Of a DNA stretch of 61,601 bases, positions 41,990-52,549 are shown in pieces. Below the pieces are notes generated by a model, which did not search any database, had not been told where the DNA came from, and worked only from the letters and a program-made list of their open reading frames with translations. The stretch lies in assembly GCA_046050865.1 (NCBI GenBank), contig JBJOPG010000004.1:1-61601 (forward strand). Direction: 5' to 3'. Position 1 is the first letter of the stretch. The number at the start of each line of letters is the position of its first letter. A program made the translations under genes and the position numbers. The stretch is from Cyanobacteriota bacterium. GTDB lineage: Bacteria > Cyanobacteriota > Cyanobacteriia > Cyanobacteriales > Xenococcaceae.

Positions 41990-43390
41990 TTATAGCTCTC
42001 GCACATCGGTGACTTGACCTTTGACTGCCGCAGCTACCACCATTGCTGGACTCATGAGTAAAGTTCTGCCAGTCGATGAGCCTTGACGACCTTTGAAATT
42101 ACGATTGGAAGAAGAAGCACTAATCTGATCTCCCTGTAACTTATCAGGGTTCATTGCCAAACACATAGAGCAGCCTGGTTCACGCCATTCAAACCCCGCC
42201 TGTTGAAAGATTTTATCTAAACCTTCCGCTTCCGCTTCTTGCTTAACTCTTTCAGAGCCTGGGACGACAAAGGCTTTTACTTGCGGTGCGACATGATGAC
42301 CTTGGGCGACCTTGGCTGCTTCCCGCAAATCACTAATTCTGCCGTTGGTGCAACTACCAATAAAACAAACATCCACTTTAGTTCCTTTAAGAGAAGATCC
42401 TGGAGTTAGCTGCATATAGCTGTAGGCTTCTTCGGCGATCGCGCGATCGCCTTCCGGGAGATCCACAGCCAGAGGAATATTCTCACTAATACCTAATCCT
42501 TGTCCTGGAGTAATTCCCCAAGTAACAGTGGGTTCAATCTCCGCCGCCGCAAATTCAACCACATCATCATATACCGCATCATCATCACTGCGAATACTGT
42601 TCCACCAATCTACCGCCTTGTCCCATGCGGCTCCTTGGGGGGCAAAGTCTCGACCTTTTAGATAGTTAAAGGTGGTTTCGTCGGGATTAATATAACCACA
42701 ACGGGCTCCACCTTCGATGGACATATTACAGACGGTCATCCGTTCTTCCATGGACATCGCGGCAAAAGTAGAACCAGCAAATTCGTAAGCATAACCAACT
42801 CCTCCTTTGACCCCTAGTTTACGGATAATATGCAAAATCACATCTTTAGCAAATACACCGTGGGGCAACTGACCATTAATTTCAATTTTACGTACTTTGA
42901 GTTTGGCTAAAGCTAAAGTCTGGGAGGCTAAGACATCTCTTACCTGAGAAGTACCAATGCCAAATGCGATCGCCCCAAACGCCCCATGGGTTGAAGTATG
43001 GGAATCACCACAGGCAACAGTCATTCCCGGTTGAGTTAATCCCTGCTCGGGAGCAATTACATGCACAATTCCCTGATTACCCGAGCCAACGTTATGGAAT
43101 TTAATCCCATAATCTTGGGTGTTTTGCTCTAATGCCTGGATCATTTCTTCCGCCAGCACATCAGCAAAGGGGCGAGCCTGATTTTCCGTCGGCACAATAT
43201 GATCTACTGTAGCCACGGTTCTTTCGGGAAATAACACTTTTAGGTTTCTAGCTCGCAGCATAGCAAAAGCTTGAGGACTAGTTACTTCGTGGATTAGATG
43301 TAAACCAATAAAAAGCTGAGTCTGACCAGAGGGTAATGTTCCAACGGTATGCAAATCCCAAACTTTATCAAATAATGTTCCCTTGCTCAT
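41990..43390 (-). CDS. leuC: 3-isopropylmalate dehydratase large subunit
   Basis: [41 protein letters not shown]. Confidence 0.98.
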   Translation of the reverse strand: MSKGTLFDKVWDLHTVGTLPSGQTQLFIGLHLIHEVTSPQAFAMLRARNLKVLFPERTVATVDHIVPTENQARPFADVLAEEMIQALEQNTQDYGIKFHNVGSGNQGIVHVIAPEQGLTQPGMTVACGDSHTSTHGAFGAIAFGIGTSQVRDVLASQTLALAKLKVRKIEINGQLPHGVFAKDVILHIIRKLGVKGGVGYAYEFAGSTFAAMSMEERMTVCNMSIEGGARCGYINPDETTFNYLKGRDFAPQGAAWDKAVDWWNSIRSDDDAVYDDVVEFAAAEIEPTVTWGITPGQGLGISENIPLAVDLPEGDRAIAEEAYSYMQLTPGSSLKGTKVDVCFIGSCTNGRISDLREAAKVAQGHHVAPQVKAFVVPGSERVKQEAEAEGLDKIFQQAGFEWREPGCSMCLAMNPDKLQGDQISASSSNRNFKGRQGSSTGRTLLMSPAMVVAAAVKGQVTDVREL

Positions 43391-43514
43391 ATAACTAGAT
43401 TGCTGCTGCTGATAAGAAAGTAAAAAAGTATCTGTGGTTATTTTACAATTTTTGCTCGAGGACTTTTGGAGTAAGAATCATATATTATTGTTGAAACTAA
43501 CTACTACTTAAGCA

Positions 43515-45242
43515 TTAAGCTGCCTGAAATTGCCGAGCATGGAATTTAGCATAGACTCCATTTTGCGCTATTAATTCTTGATGATTACCCGACTCGACGA
43601 TTTGCCCTTTTTCTAAGACTAAAATACGGTCTGCCCGTCGGACAGTAGCCAAGCGATGAGCAATGACAAATACTGTGCGATCGCGCATAATTCTTTCTAA
43701 GGCTTCCTGTACCAGTGCTTCCGATTCGGAATCTAATGCCGAGGTGGCTTCATCTAAAATCAAAATTCGCGGATTGAGTAAGATTGCCCTGGCGATCGCC
43801 AAGCGTTGTCTTTGTCCCCCAGACAAGTTAACTCCCCTTTCCCCCACGTAGGTAAAGTAGCCTTGGGATAGCTCACTAATAAACTGATGAGCATTAGCAA
43901 TCTTCGCGGCAGTCTCAATATCCTTGAGTTCTAAATTAGTTTTACCAAAAGCAATATTTTGAGCAATCGTCCCAGAAAATAGAGTAGTCTCTTGGGGAAC
44001 GATGCCGATTTGTTGTCTTAGACTTTTGAGGGTAACGTCCTGGATATTAATACCATCGATTAAGATTTGCCCCCGGTCAACATTATAGAAGCGGGGTAGT
44101 AAATTAACTAAAGTAGACTTGCCCGCTCCAGAGGAGCCGACTAAGGCGATCGTTTCTCCAGGATGTGCCAACAGACTTAAATCATTAATTACGGTGGTAT
44201 CAGACTTATAGTTAAAGCTAACTCCAACATATTCCACTTTTCCCGTGACGGACTCCAAGGCGATCGCCTGTTCCTTTTCTCTAACTTCAGGTTGAATCGC
44301 CAGTAATTCAAAGATTTTATCGACCGATGCCTGTCCTTCCTTAAAGCTATTGTAGTTACTCGTCGTATGGGTAATGGGGTCAATCAGCAGGGCTACCCCT
44401 GTGATGTAGCTAACAAAATCTTTCCCAGTTAAATTGCCTAAAGATATCTGCCAGCCACCCAAGAAAAAGATAAACAGGACAGTCATTACCAGCAAAAAAC
44501 CCACCACCACAAACTGAAATGCCTTGACCTTCTCCGCCTGATATTTAGCTTGCTTATTAGCTTCTGCTTCTTGGCTAAAACGTTCTAATTCATATTCTTC
44601 AGCCGCAAAAGCTTGGACTAAGCGAATCCCGCTCAATACTTCCGTCAATAAAGCCGACAGATTAGAAATTCGATTTTGACTGCGGCGGGAATAGTTTAAA
44701 AGTTTCTCCCCAAAGGTGCCAATAATAATCCCCATTACCGGGGCTAAAATCAAGGTGGCGATCGTCAACTGCCAATTAAGCCAGAGCATATAGCCCAAAA
44801 CCACTACCAACTGTAGGATGCAGGGGACAAAATCGTGGAAAAACTGATTGATTACTTCTCCAATGCGATCAATATCTTCCGTTAAGCGATAGGTTAAATC
44901 TCCTGTCTTGGCTACTTCAAAATAGTTAAGACTTAGCTGCTGCAAATGACTATAGACAGAGGTACGTAAGTTCAAAGCCGCATTAAGAGAAGCTTTTGCC
45001 ATCAAAGAATCTTGTCCATACTGAGCAATCCCTTGGCACAAAAAGACAACTGCTGCTAACCCAGCGATACGGGCAATGCTGCTGGGGTCACCTTTGCCAA
45101 TATATTGACTTACTTCTCCTGCTAGCCAGGCTTTAATCGGCCAAAAAACAGTGAAGATTAAAGTACAAATAAAAGCCCACAAGATAATTAGACTCTGGGG
45201 ACGAACAAAAGGAAGGAGTTGCCAGTAGCTACGATTCTTCAA
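43515..45242 (-). CDS. MsbA-like ABC exporter (TMD+NBD)
   Basis: 6-TM domain followed by GSSGAGKST, LSGGQRQR, LDEATSALD, IAHRL. Confidence 0.92.
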   Translation of the reverse strand: MKNRSYWQLLPFVRPQSLIILWAFICTLIFTVFWPIKAWLAGEVSQYIGKGDPSSIARIAGLAAVVFLCQGIAQYGQDSLMAKASLNAALNLRTSVYSHLQQLSLNYFEVAKTGDLTYRLTEDIDRIGEVINQFFHDFVPCILQLVVVLGYMLWLNWQLTIATLILAPVMGIIIGTFGEKLLNYSRRSQNRISNLSALLTEVLSGIRLVQAFAAEEYELERFSQEAEANKQAKYQAEKVKAFQFVVVGFLLVMTVLFIFFLGGWQISLGNLTGKDFVSYITGVALLIDPITHTTSNYNSFKEGQASVDKIFELLAIQPEVREKEQAIALESVTGKVEYVGVSFNYKSDTTVINDLSLLAHPGETIALVGSSGAGKSTLVNLLPRFYNVDRGQILIDGINIQDVTLKSLRQQIGIVPQETTLFSGTIAQNIAFGKTNLELKDIETAAKIANAHQFISELSQGYFTYVGERGVNLSGGQRQRLAIARAILLNPRILILDEATSALDSESEALVQEALERIMRDRTVFVIAHRLATVRRADRILVLEKGQIVESGNHQELIAQNGVYAKFHARQFQAA

Positions 45243-45355
45243 AGGGATCTCTGGGGAATTATGGTAGTCATCAGTCTACACCAGAGATTATCGCTGTCAA
45301 TTAGTTGAAAGTTTAAATGTAAAGTGCTATACAAAATAGACGACGGAAAATTGAC

Positions 45356-45389
45356 AAAAAAAAAGTGCGTTGTCTAAGGACGCACCTTT
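45356..45389 (-). terminator. Intrinsic terminator with U9 tail
   Basis: AAAGGTGCGTCCTTAGACAACGCACTTTTTTTTT on the minus strand. Confidence 0.75.
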
Positions 45390-45446
45390 AAAATTGGTAA
45401 ATAATAATGAATATCTAGTCTTAAACTCATTATTTCATAACTTTCT
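45356..45446 (-). ncRNA. Candidate trans-acting sRNA (5' hairpin with 12-nt loop plus intrinsic terminator); 5' end approximate
   Basis: On the minus strand, AAUAAUGAGU-UUAAGACUAGAU-AUUCAUUAUU forms a 10-bp stem. It is followed by GUGCGU-loop-ACGCAC-U9, and no upstream minus-strand CDS exists for it to terminate. Confidence 0.45.
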
Positions 45447-45652
45447 CAAATTATTAATATTTTTATCCAATCTTGATCAAAATACGACAAACTTCATCTT
45501 AACTTTATACAAGCGGAAGAAATAGCTCTTAAGAAACAAATTTATTTGTTAAGACTGGGTTAAGGTTAAAGGGAAAGCACGAAGGCGCGTTTTATTTAGG
45601 AAGCTTCCCACATGAAAGCCGTAAGCATTCTACAATAAGAGCAATTTAATAA

Positions 45653-46591
45653 TTGAATCTTCAAAATCTAATTGCGATGACTGTTGCTCCTCAGCCGAAA
45701 ACTGACTTAACCTCTCGTTTGGTAAAAGGTATCTTGTCAATTGAGCCATTAGCTGACTTTGCTAAATCCCGCGCTCGTCAGATGATGATCAAGCGGGCAG
45801 AGGAGATCGGAGTGCCTTGGCGGGAGAACGTTCGACAATTGAGCGATCGCCATTGGGAGGAAGACTTTAAACAAATTCAGCATCCAAACCTGAACTATCC
45901 AGACTATTACACCACTTCTTTTCATGCCTATCCAGAAGGCAATTTAAGCTGGAAGGCTGCTTGGGAAGTAGAATCTGCTGCCCGCTCAGTCCATGCCAAG
46001 ATTTGGTCAGAGGCTGGTGTTAACGGTGATAGTATGCTCAGACAAAGTTATCATCAAGCACTACAACAGAATTTAACCATTACCCCTAATACAATTCTCG
46101 ATCTTGGTTGTGGTGTGGGCATGAGCAGCATCGCGCTACAGGAAGTCTTTCCTCAAGCAAAGATCACTGGCATTGACCTGTCTCCATACTTCCTCTCTGT
46201 CGCCCAATATCGAGGGAAACAGCAGCAACATTCTATCAAATGGATTCATGGTGCTGCTGAATCTACAGGTTTAGCTGACCAAAGTTTTGATTTAGTTTCG
46301 GCTTCCTTAATGTTTCACGAGCTTCCCACTACCGCTGCCCAGGCAATTATTGCCGAAGCTCATCGGTTGCTACGCCCAGGGGGGTACTTGTCCATTATGG
46401 ATATGAATCCTCAATCTGAGGTATTCCAAAAAATGCCCCCCTATATTTTGACTCTGCTTAAAAGCACTGAACCCTATTTGGATCAATATTTCACCTTAGA
46501 TATGACACAAACATTTATCCAAGCAGGTTTTGCGACTCCGAATATTGCTGTTACTACTCCTCGACACCGCATAATTGTTGCTCAATCCTAG
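45653..46591 (+). CDS. Class I SAM-dependent methyltransferase
   Basis: FHAYPEGNL, ILDLGCGVG, GIDLSPYFL, FHELP, LRPGG. Confidence 0.9.
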   Translation: MNLQNLIAMTVAPQPKTDLTSRLVKGILSIEPLADFAKSRARQMMIKRAEEIGVPWRENVRQLSDRHWEEDFKQIQHPNLNYPDYYTTSFHAYPEGNLSWKAAWEVESAARSVHAKIWSEAGVNGDSMLRQSYHQALQQNLTITPNTILDLGCGVGMSSIALQEVFPQAKITGIDLSPYFLSVAQYRGKQQQHSIKWIHGAAESTGLADQSFDLVSASLMFHELPTTAAQAIIAEAHRLLRPGGYLSIMDMNPQSEVFQKMPPYILTLLKSTEPYLDQYFTLDMTQTFIQAGFATPNIAVTTPRHRIIVAQS

Positions 46592-46651
46592 TAACTAGTA
46601 ATTACCCAGAAACTCAAAAACATGACGGTACCATGAGGCAGCGTTGAATCA

Positions 46652-46954
46652 TTAAAATTCATTTGCCTCTATGTAACGCAGAGCTAAATACATTAAGCCA
46701 ACGAAAACTGCTATCCCCACTAGAATCACTCCGATAAAAATATGACCTGACTTAAACACCATCGTCGTTACCAACAGAAAAGGGACTCCTAATACCGTTG
46801 CCGCAATGACTCGCTTACGGGGAGTCCAGCGAATATGAAAGTTCGTTCCAATTGCTCCACTTCCAGGAATAAGCTCAGGTACTTTTGCCTCATGGGATTT
46901 CTTAGAACCCCCAGTAATTAGCCTGTCTGGTAACTTATGCTTTTTCTTTCCCAT
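46652..46954 (-). CDS. Small 2-TM hypothetical protein
   Basis: Basic N-terminus and two hydrophobic helices. Confidence 0.7.
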   Translation of the reverse strand: MGKKKHKLPDRLITGGSKKSHEAKVPELIPGSGAIGTNFHIRWTPRKRVIAATVLGVPFLLVTTMVFKSGHIFIGVILVGIAVFVGLMYLALRYIEANEF

Positions 46955-47125
46955 AGCAAGATTTAAGATTTACTAATTGATTGATCTTAGGAAATTAGCT
47001 TAGCGATTAAAACTAAATAACGGTAGTTTTTTTGGCAAAATGTTGGGCTGTATTTCAAATATTTAAGGAAATCTTCGTTTATCTTAGATTAGTTATTCTC
47101 ATTAATCAGCAACAAGTGAAGTTGG

Positions 47126-48154
47126 ATGACCACAGATGCGATCGCCTTAGCCCAAAAAGTCAAACATCAATTTGAAGAATACAAGGCACAGCAACAGTTT
47201 GAGGAAATTGCCCAGCTCATTGCTTCCGCTCTGCAAATTCTGCCCCAGAAATATAATCAACAGATTTTTGGTTATATTCCGCAAATTTTTCGCCAAATTG
47301 AGCTGAAAGAATGTGTCGTCCAAGCCAAAGATATATGTTTTGGGGAACCTGTGATCTATAAACTCTATTTTCCTGGTCACCAAAAACTTTATGGCTTTGC
47401 TTATTTCTATATTTTTTGTTACCTGAAACACAATTCATCCCAGCTCAATGTTTATTTTCAAAGTGCTAATCCTAGCTATAAAAAATTGACTCCTGATGAA
47501 TATGATTTAGCTCAAGGAAAAATTAGTTTTGAAGCAAGCATTTCAAGCTTTAAATCAGATTATATGTCGGTAATTAGTATTAGTGACCCTGGTCATTTTA
47601 TTCCTGGTCTAACATCTAGTTACTATGTAGGTTCGGAAGAACTAAATTTCAACCAAATTATTGCTCAAGTACTAGAAAATATATGCAGACTAGCTAATAT
47701 TAGCCTGCAAGAGACTATGTTGTTTGGCTCTTCCGCAGGAACATTTGGTGCATTATTGAGTAGTACTTACCTTCAACAAAAAACCAATGTATTGGCCGTT
47801 AATAGCCAAATAAACTTACATTATAAAGCAGAATTGATGCAAATCATTTTTAAGCAGACTCAGCCGAAACTGCTACTGGAAAAATTTGGCAATCAGATCT
47901 CTTGTACCTATAGATTTGAACAGGATATAGCTAGTATTCCTAATCTTTATATCTTGGCAAACATTAACGATAATTTACATAATCGCAATTTTGAATTTTA
48001 CAAGCAATATTTGTCAAGATTCACGCAAAAAGGAAGGAATAATCAATCAATTTTCGACAGTTATTATGGCATTGAACACGGTCGCCCCGAGGCAAATTCT
48101 CTTAGAGCTAAGATCAGACTTGCTAGGGAAATTTTAACCATGCAATCAATCTAG
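47126..48154 (+). CDS. Hypothetical protein with alpha/beta-hydrolase-like GSSAG motif
   Basis: ISISDP...YYVG...LFGSSAGTFGALL, late His (EHG), AT-rich. Confidence 0.65.
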   Translation: MTTDAIALAQKVKHQFEEYKAQQQFEEIAQLIASALQILPQKYNQQIFGYIPQIFRQIELKECVVQAKDICFGEPVIYKLYFPGHQKLYGFAYFYIFCYLKHNSSQLNVYFQSANPSYKKLTPDEYDLAQGKISFEASISSFKSDYMSVISISDPGHFIPGLTSSYYVGSEELNFNQIIAQVLENICRLANISLQETMLFGSSAGTFGALLSSTYLQQKTNVLAVNSQINLHYKAELMQIIFKQTQPKLLLEKFGNQISCTYRFEQDIASIPNLYILANINDNLHNRNFEFYKQYLSRFTQKGRNNQSIFDSYYGIEHGRPEANSLRAKIRLAREILTMQSI

Positions 48155-48197
48155 TTTTTAAGAACATTTCATATCTCTTGTCCTAGCCAGGAATACA

Positions 48198-48291
48198 TAT
48201 AGCCCTTCTCAAGTTGGTGAGATACACCTTGTTGGTTTGGGAAAGGGGAAAGGGGAAAAAGCAGTATCTCATGGTTCTGACAATTGCTATA
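48198..48291. mobile_element. MITE with TATAGC...GCTATA termini
   Basis: Terminal TATAGC/GCTATA, internal IR TGAGATAC/GTATCTCA, and GGGAAAG heptamers. Confidence 0.6.
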
Positions 48292-48319
48292 GTCACTGTC
48301 ACCAATAGACACCAGTCAA

Positions 48320-48684
48320 CTACCTGGCTATATAATTAACTAAAGCTTGTAATCCCAAAAGATAACTATCCACACCAAAACCACTAATTTGTCCAATGGC
48401 AACAGGAGCAATATACGAGTGATGGCGAAATTCTTCCCTCGTGTATATACTCCAGGATTAATCAAAATTCCCTCATGAACTCCTCTGGCATTATGTATCG
48501 CATCTACCAAATTACCCTCATGATTTGATTGTAAACAATCTACCTGAACCCCAAATTTACTGGCCATGAGCCTTAACGACTCATTCACCTGATCTAGGGT
48601 CGTCAAACCATATACTTCAGGTTCTCGCAATCCCAACAAGTTCAAGTTGGGACCATGCAAAACTAATACGCTAATCCCAGACAA
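48320..48684 (-). pseudogene. aroQ: Type II 3-dehydroquinate dehydratase with internal deletion and frameshift
   Basis: The N-terminal part HGPNLNLLGLREPEVYG...QSNHEG...INPGVYT is in one frame. The C-terminal part [22 protein letters not shown]...LVNYIAR* is in another frame. The HTS...EVHLSN segment is missing. Confidence 0.85.
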
Positions 48685-48773
48685 TGTAAACCACCACGAT
48701 ACGCCTCACAGCCAACCTTTGAGCTTAACCCGTTTAAACTATCCTTTAAACTACCCCTAGTTATTAAGTTATA

Positions 48774-48914
48774 TCAGTTGTGACGACGTTGATAGTCATC
48801 AACAGGGATTGGAATCATCTCCCTTTCAGGATCTACTTGTGGCCCCAGCAAAATTTCAATTAGCTTTTGAGCTATATCTTTCAGTTTCTCGAGTATTTTG
48901 TCTATATAGTCCAT
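48774..48914 (-). CDS. 46-aa small protein (not in ORF track)
   Basis: MDYIDKILEKLKDIAQKLIEILLGPQVDPEREMIPIPVDDYQRRHN*, with an AGGAG RBS upstream, an amphipathic helix and an IPIPV motif. Confidence 0.75.
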   Translation of the reverse strand: MDYIDKILEKLKDIAQKLIEILLGPQVDPEREMIPIPVDDYQRRHN

Positions 48915-49566
48915 CGGATAAAAGCTCCTAAGGCGTTCCTTAACTTTACTTAATATCTATCTTTAATTATGTTATGTGCTTCTTGGTTACCAACCTTCTA
49001 TCATTCTACTAAGAATGGACGGAAGCTGGACATTTATCTTTATCTATATTGCGACTTTTGTCACAGATACCTGCTGTTGACTTGAAATGTAGTCTTAAGC
49101 CTCACTAGCAAATGATAGCATAAAGCAAGGGGGCGGGAATGGGGTAAATCAAGAATTGAGAGATTCTTAATCTTGTCATTATAATTCTCCTGCTATCAAC
49201 AATGTTAACCTCGAATTAACTTGAATCATAAAATTCTCAAGCTTTTAGTTAATCGCCAGCTTGAAACAGTTTAATATCAATTTTTTTTAATTATTTAAAT
49301 CTTTAATTTGTGTAATATTCAATCAGGGTAATATTAAGTTTTATTGCATCAAAAGTGAGATTTTATAGATCAATACAAATAGTGCAGCGCTCACTAGCGT
49401 AACATTTACAGCCTGATAACAGGGCATTGAATCTGACAATATTAGTTGATTACATCTACTCACCTATTTCTGAGACAATGAGGAGCGAGATTTACAACTA
49501 CAACGTTATTTTTCTGTCCGAACATCTACATCAAATCGTGTCAATTTTATTCAGGAGAGAAGACCC

Positions 49567-51093
49567 ATGAAATTAGCTTATTGGATGTATGCTGGTCCAG
49601 CACACATTGGCACTCTACGTATTGCTAGCTCGTTCAAAAATGTTCATGCGATTATGCATGCACCTTTGGGAGATGATTACTTCAACGTTATGCGCTCAAT
49701 GCTAGAAAGGGAGCGCAATTTTACTCCAGTTACCGCGAGTATTGTTGATCGCAATGTTTTAGCCCGTGGTTCTCAAGAGAAAGTTGTAGATAATATTACC
49801 CGCAAAGACCGGGAAGAAAGCCCTGACCTAATTGTGCTTACCCCGACTTGTACTTCCAGCATCTTGCAAGAAGATCTACAAAACTTTGTCAGCCGGGCGG
49901 CAATGGATACGAAGGGAGATGTGATGCTGGCAGACGTTAATCACTACCGTTATAACGAACTCCAAGCAGCTGATCGCACTCTCCATCAGGTAGTTAAATA
50001 TTATCTAGACAAGGCAAGAAAGCAAGGGCAGTTACCTACCGAAAAAACTGAAAAACCTTCCGTCAACATTATCGGTGTCTCCACTCTCGGCTTTCATAAT
50101 CAACATGACTGCACTGAATTAAAACGTCTGATGGCAGACTTGGGCATCGAAGTTAATGAGGTCATCCCCGATGGTGCTTCGGTACATAATCTGAGAAATT
50201 TACCCCGTGCCTGGTTTAATCTCGTCCCTTATCGTGAATTGGGCATGATGACAGCGGAATACTTGGAAACTGAGTTGGGTATGCCCTGTGTTGATATTGC
50301 TCCCATGGGGGTGGTGGAGACGGCTCGTTGTATCCGCAAGATCCAGCAAGTGCTTAATAAGCAGGGAGCAACAGTTGATTATGAAGACTATATTAATAAT
50401 CAAACTCTATACGTTTCCCAAGCAGCTTGGTTTTCTCGTTCCATTGACTGTCAAAACTTAACAGGCAAGAAAGCGGTTGTCTTTGGTGATAATACTCATG
50501 CCGCCGCCATGACCAAAATTCTGGCGCGAGAAATGGGCATTCATGTTGTTTTAGCTGGTACTTACTGTAAATATGACTCTGACTGGTTTAGAGAACAGGT
50601 CAGTGAATATTGTGATGAAGTTTTGATTAGTGAAGATAATGCCGAGATCGGTGATGCGATCGCTCGTCACGAACCTTCAGCTATTTTTGGTACCCAGATG
50701 GAACGTCATGTCGGCAAACGTCTAGACATTCCCTGCGGTGTGATTGCCGCACCAATTCATATCCAGAATTTCCCCATCGGTTATAAGCCCTTTATGGGTT
50801 ACGAAGGTACCAACCAGATCGCCGATTTAGTTTACAATTCCTTTACTTTGGGGATGGAAGATCACCTGCTAGAAATCTTTGGGGGACATGATACCAAAGA
50901 AGTTATTACTAAAGGCATCTCTGCTGACTCAGATCTCAACTGGGACAAAGAAGCTAAGGTAGAATTGGGCAAAATTCCTGGTTTTGTTCGCGGTAAGGTC
51001 AAGCGCAATACCGAAAAATTTGCTCGCGATCGCAATATGTCGGAAATCACCCTTGAGGTAATGTACGCGGCGAAAGAATCAGTAGGAGCATAA
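49567..51093 (+). CDS. chlB: Light-independent protochlorophyllide reductase subunit B
   Basis: [34 protein letters not shown]-terminal [14 protein letters not shown]. Confidence 0.99.
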   Translation: MKLAYWMYAGPAHIGTLRIASSFKNVHAIMHAPLGDDYFNVMRSMLERERNFTPVTASIVDRNVLARGSQEKVVDNITRKDREESPDLIVLTPTCTSSILQEDLQNFVSRAAMDTKGDVMLADVNHYRYNELQAADRTLHQVVKYYLDKARKQGQLPTEKTEKPSVNIIGVSTLGFHNQHDCTELKRLMADLGIEVNEVIPDGASVHNLRNLPRAWFNLVPYRELGMMTAEYLETELGMPCVDIAPMGVVETARCIRKIQQVLNKQGATVDYEDYINNQTLYVSQAAWFSRSIDCQNLTGKKAVVFGDNTHAAAMTKILAREMGIHVVLAGTYCKYDSDWFREQVSEYCDEVLISEDNAEIGDAIARHEPSAIFGTQMERHVGKRLDIPCGVIAAPIHIQNFPIGYKPFMGYEGTNQIADLVYNSFTLGMEDHLLEIFGGHDTKEVITKGISADSDLNWDKEAKVELGKIPGFVRGKVKRNTEKFARDRNMSEITLEVMYAAKESVGA

Positions 51094-51668
51094 AGCCGAC
51101 GATAGTCTTCAAGGCTTGCAGCAGTTCGTAGTTGAGATCGATGTTTAATTCAATTAAAAACTGCTGTAATCAAAGCTTTTAGCAAAATTTAGAGTTGCCA
51201 GATTCCATAATTATTCAAGGCAAATTCTAGCTGAATCATTAATCGATGAGCAGTGGCGGGGGGAAATACTCAATGAAAACAGAAAGGATCTTCCGCTCTA
51301 ACCAAAAGTAGTCGGGCAATAATAAACACCAATAGCCACCGACAGTCTCCTTTAAATATCAAAAGATATTCATATCTAAAAATCCAGAAAACCGCCGGAA
51401 AAACTTAGACAATACAATTATCAGCAAAATTATCTTGACAAAAATCTGAAAAATCAAGATGATAATAGATTGGACATCACGTAACTTGCTCGGAGCGGGT
51501 TAAGTATTAAATGCCACAGTGAAATTTAAGAAATCTCAAAAATCGGCATAATGAACATAATTTATTTAAAATAATTTATTTAAAAATTAAATTAAACAAA
51601 TCAAAGGCCGATTGCTTTTAATTTTTGCTTGGCTACCCTTACGGCAATCTTAGGAAAAGAAAAATTTT

Positions 51669-52055
51669 ATGACTTACGCAATTGTAGAAATTGGTGGAAC
51701 GCAAATTGTAGTTGAACCAGGTCGTTTTTATGACATCAACTTACTAGCGGCTGAACCTGAATCAAGCTATACCATCGACAAAGTTTTGTTGGTTAATAAT
51801 GACAATGAGGTTAGTGTAGGTCGTCCCTATGTGGCAGGTGCTACCGTAGAAGGTACGATAATGCGTCACAGACGGGGAAAAAAAGTAATTGTTTACAAAA
51901 TGCAGCCTAAAAAGAAAACTCGTAAAAAGCGTGGTCATCGTCAAGAATTAACTCGCTTAATGGTCGATTCCATCAGTATGAATGGTTCTGTAGTAGCTAA
52001 GGCAGAAGCGATCGCTCAGCCTGGACAGAGTCCAATCGCCGAAACCGCAAAATAA
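51669..52055 (+). CDS. rplU: 50S ribosomal protein L21
   Basis: [27 protein letters not shown]. Confidence 0.98.
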   Translation: MTYAIVEIGGTQIVVEPGRFYDINLLAAEPESSYTIDKVLLVNNDNEVSVGRPYVAGATVEGTIMRHRRGKKVIVYKMQPKKKTRKKRGHRQELTRLMVDSISMNGSVVAKAEAIAQPGQSPIAETAK

Positions 52056-52142
52056 AGGAAGATTAATTTTTGAACTACAATCTTAATCTCAAATCCTAAA
52101 TTACAATCCAACTGCAATTAAATTATATTTGAGGACAATAAC

Positions 52143-52412
52143 ATGGCTCATAAGAAGGGAACTGGTAGTACGCGTAACGGTCGTGATTCTAACTCCAAAC
52201 GTTTAGGGGTTAAGCGTTATGGTGGAGAAGAAGTCACCGCAGGCAGCATTTTAGTGCGCCAAAGAGGAACTAGTGTTTACCCTGGCAATAACGTTGGTCG
52301 AGGTAAAGACGATACTCTATATGCCCTAATTCACGGCGAAGTTAAGTTTGAATATAGAACCAGAAGTCAAAAGAAAGTAAGCGTTTACCCGATCGCTGAA
52401 AAAGCAGCATAG
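52143..52412 (+). CDS. rpmA: 50S ribosomal protein L27
   Basis: [24 protein letters not shown]. Confidence 0.99.
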   Translation: MAHKKGTGSTRNGRDSNSKRLGVKRYGGEEVTAGSILVRQRGTSVYPGNNVGRGKDDTLYALIHGEVKFEYRTRSQKKVSVYPIAEKAA

Positions 52413-52448
52413 AGTCTATCACCAACTATTGATCTTGATTTCAAGCGT

Positions 52449-52477
52449 AAGCACTCACTTTGGTGGGTGTTTTTTTT
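52449..52477 (+). terminator. Intrinsic terminator of rplU-rpmA
   Basis: GCACTCAC-TTTG-GTGGGTGT followed by a T-run. Confidence 0.85.
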
Positions 52478-52549
52478 GTAACTTATTTTGGTGACGTTAG
52501 TTAAATTAAGTAGGACACTTGCCCTATTAGATTTGAAAATTTTACTCTC

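Noticed and set aside
45577-45601. GCACGAAGGCGCG...TTTAGGA as another 24-nt element copy
   Set aside because: Only CGAAG and TTTAGGA match and the stems do not pair, so it is too degenerate to call.
48340-48440. Hydrophobic C-terminal tail of the 114-aa AroQ ORF as a novel membrane anchor
   Set aside because: It is out-of-frame translation of the normal AroQ C-terminus after the deletion.
51435-51466. rplU promoter (TTGACA...GATAAT) and a possible ribosomal leader
   Set aside because: The spacing to the best -10 is 20 nt and no recognisable leader structure could be supported.
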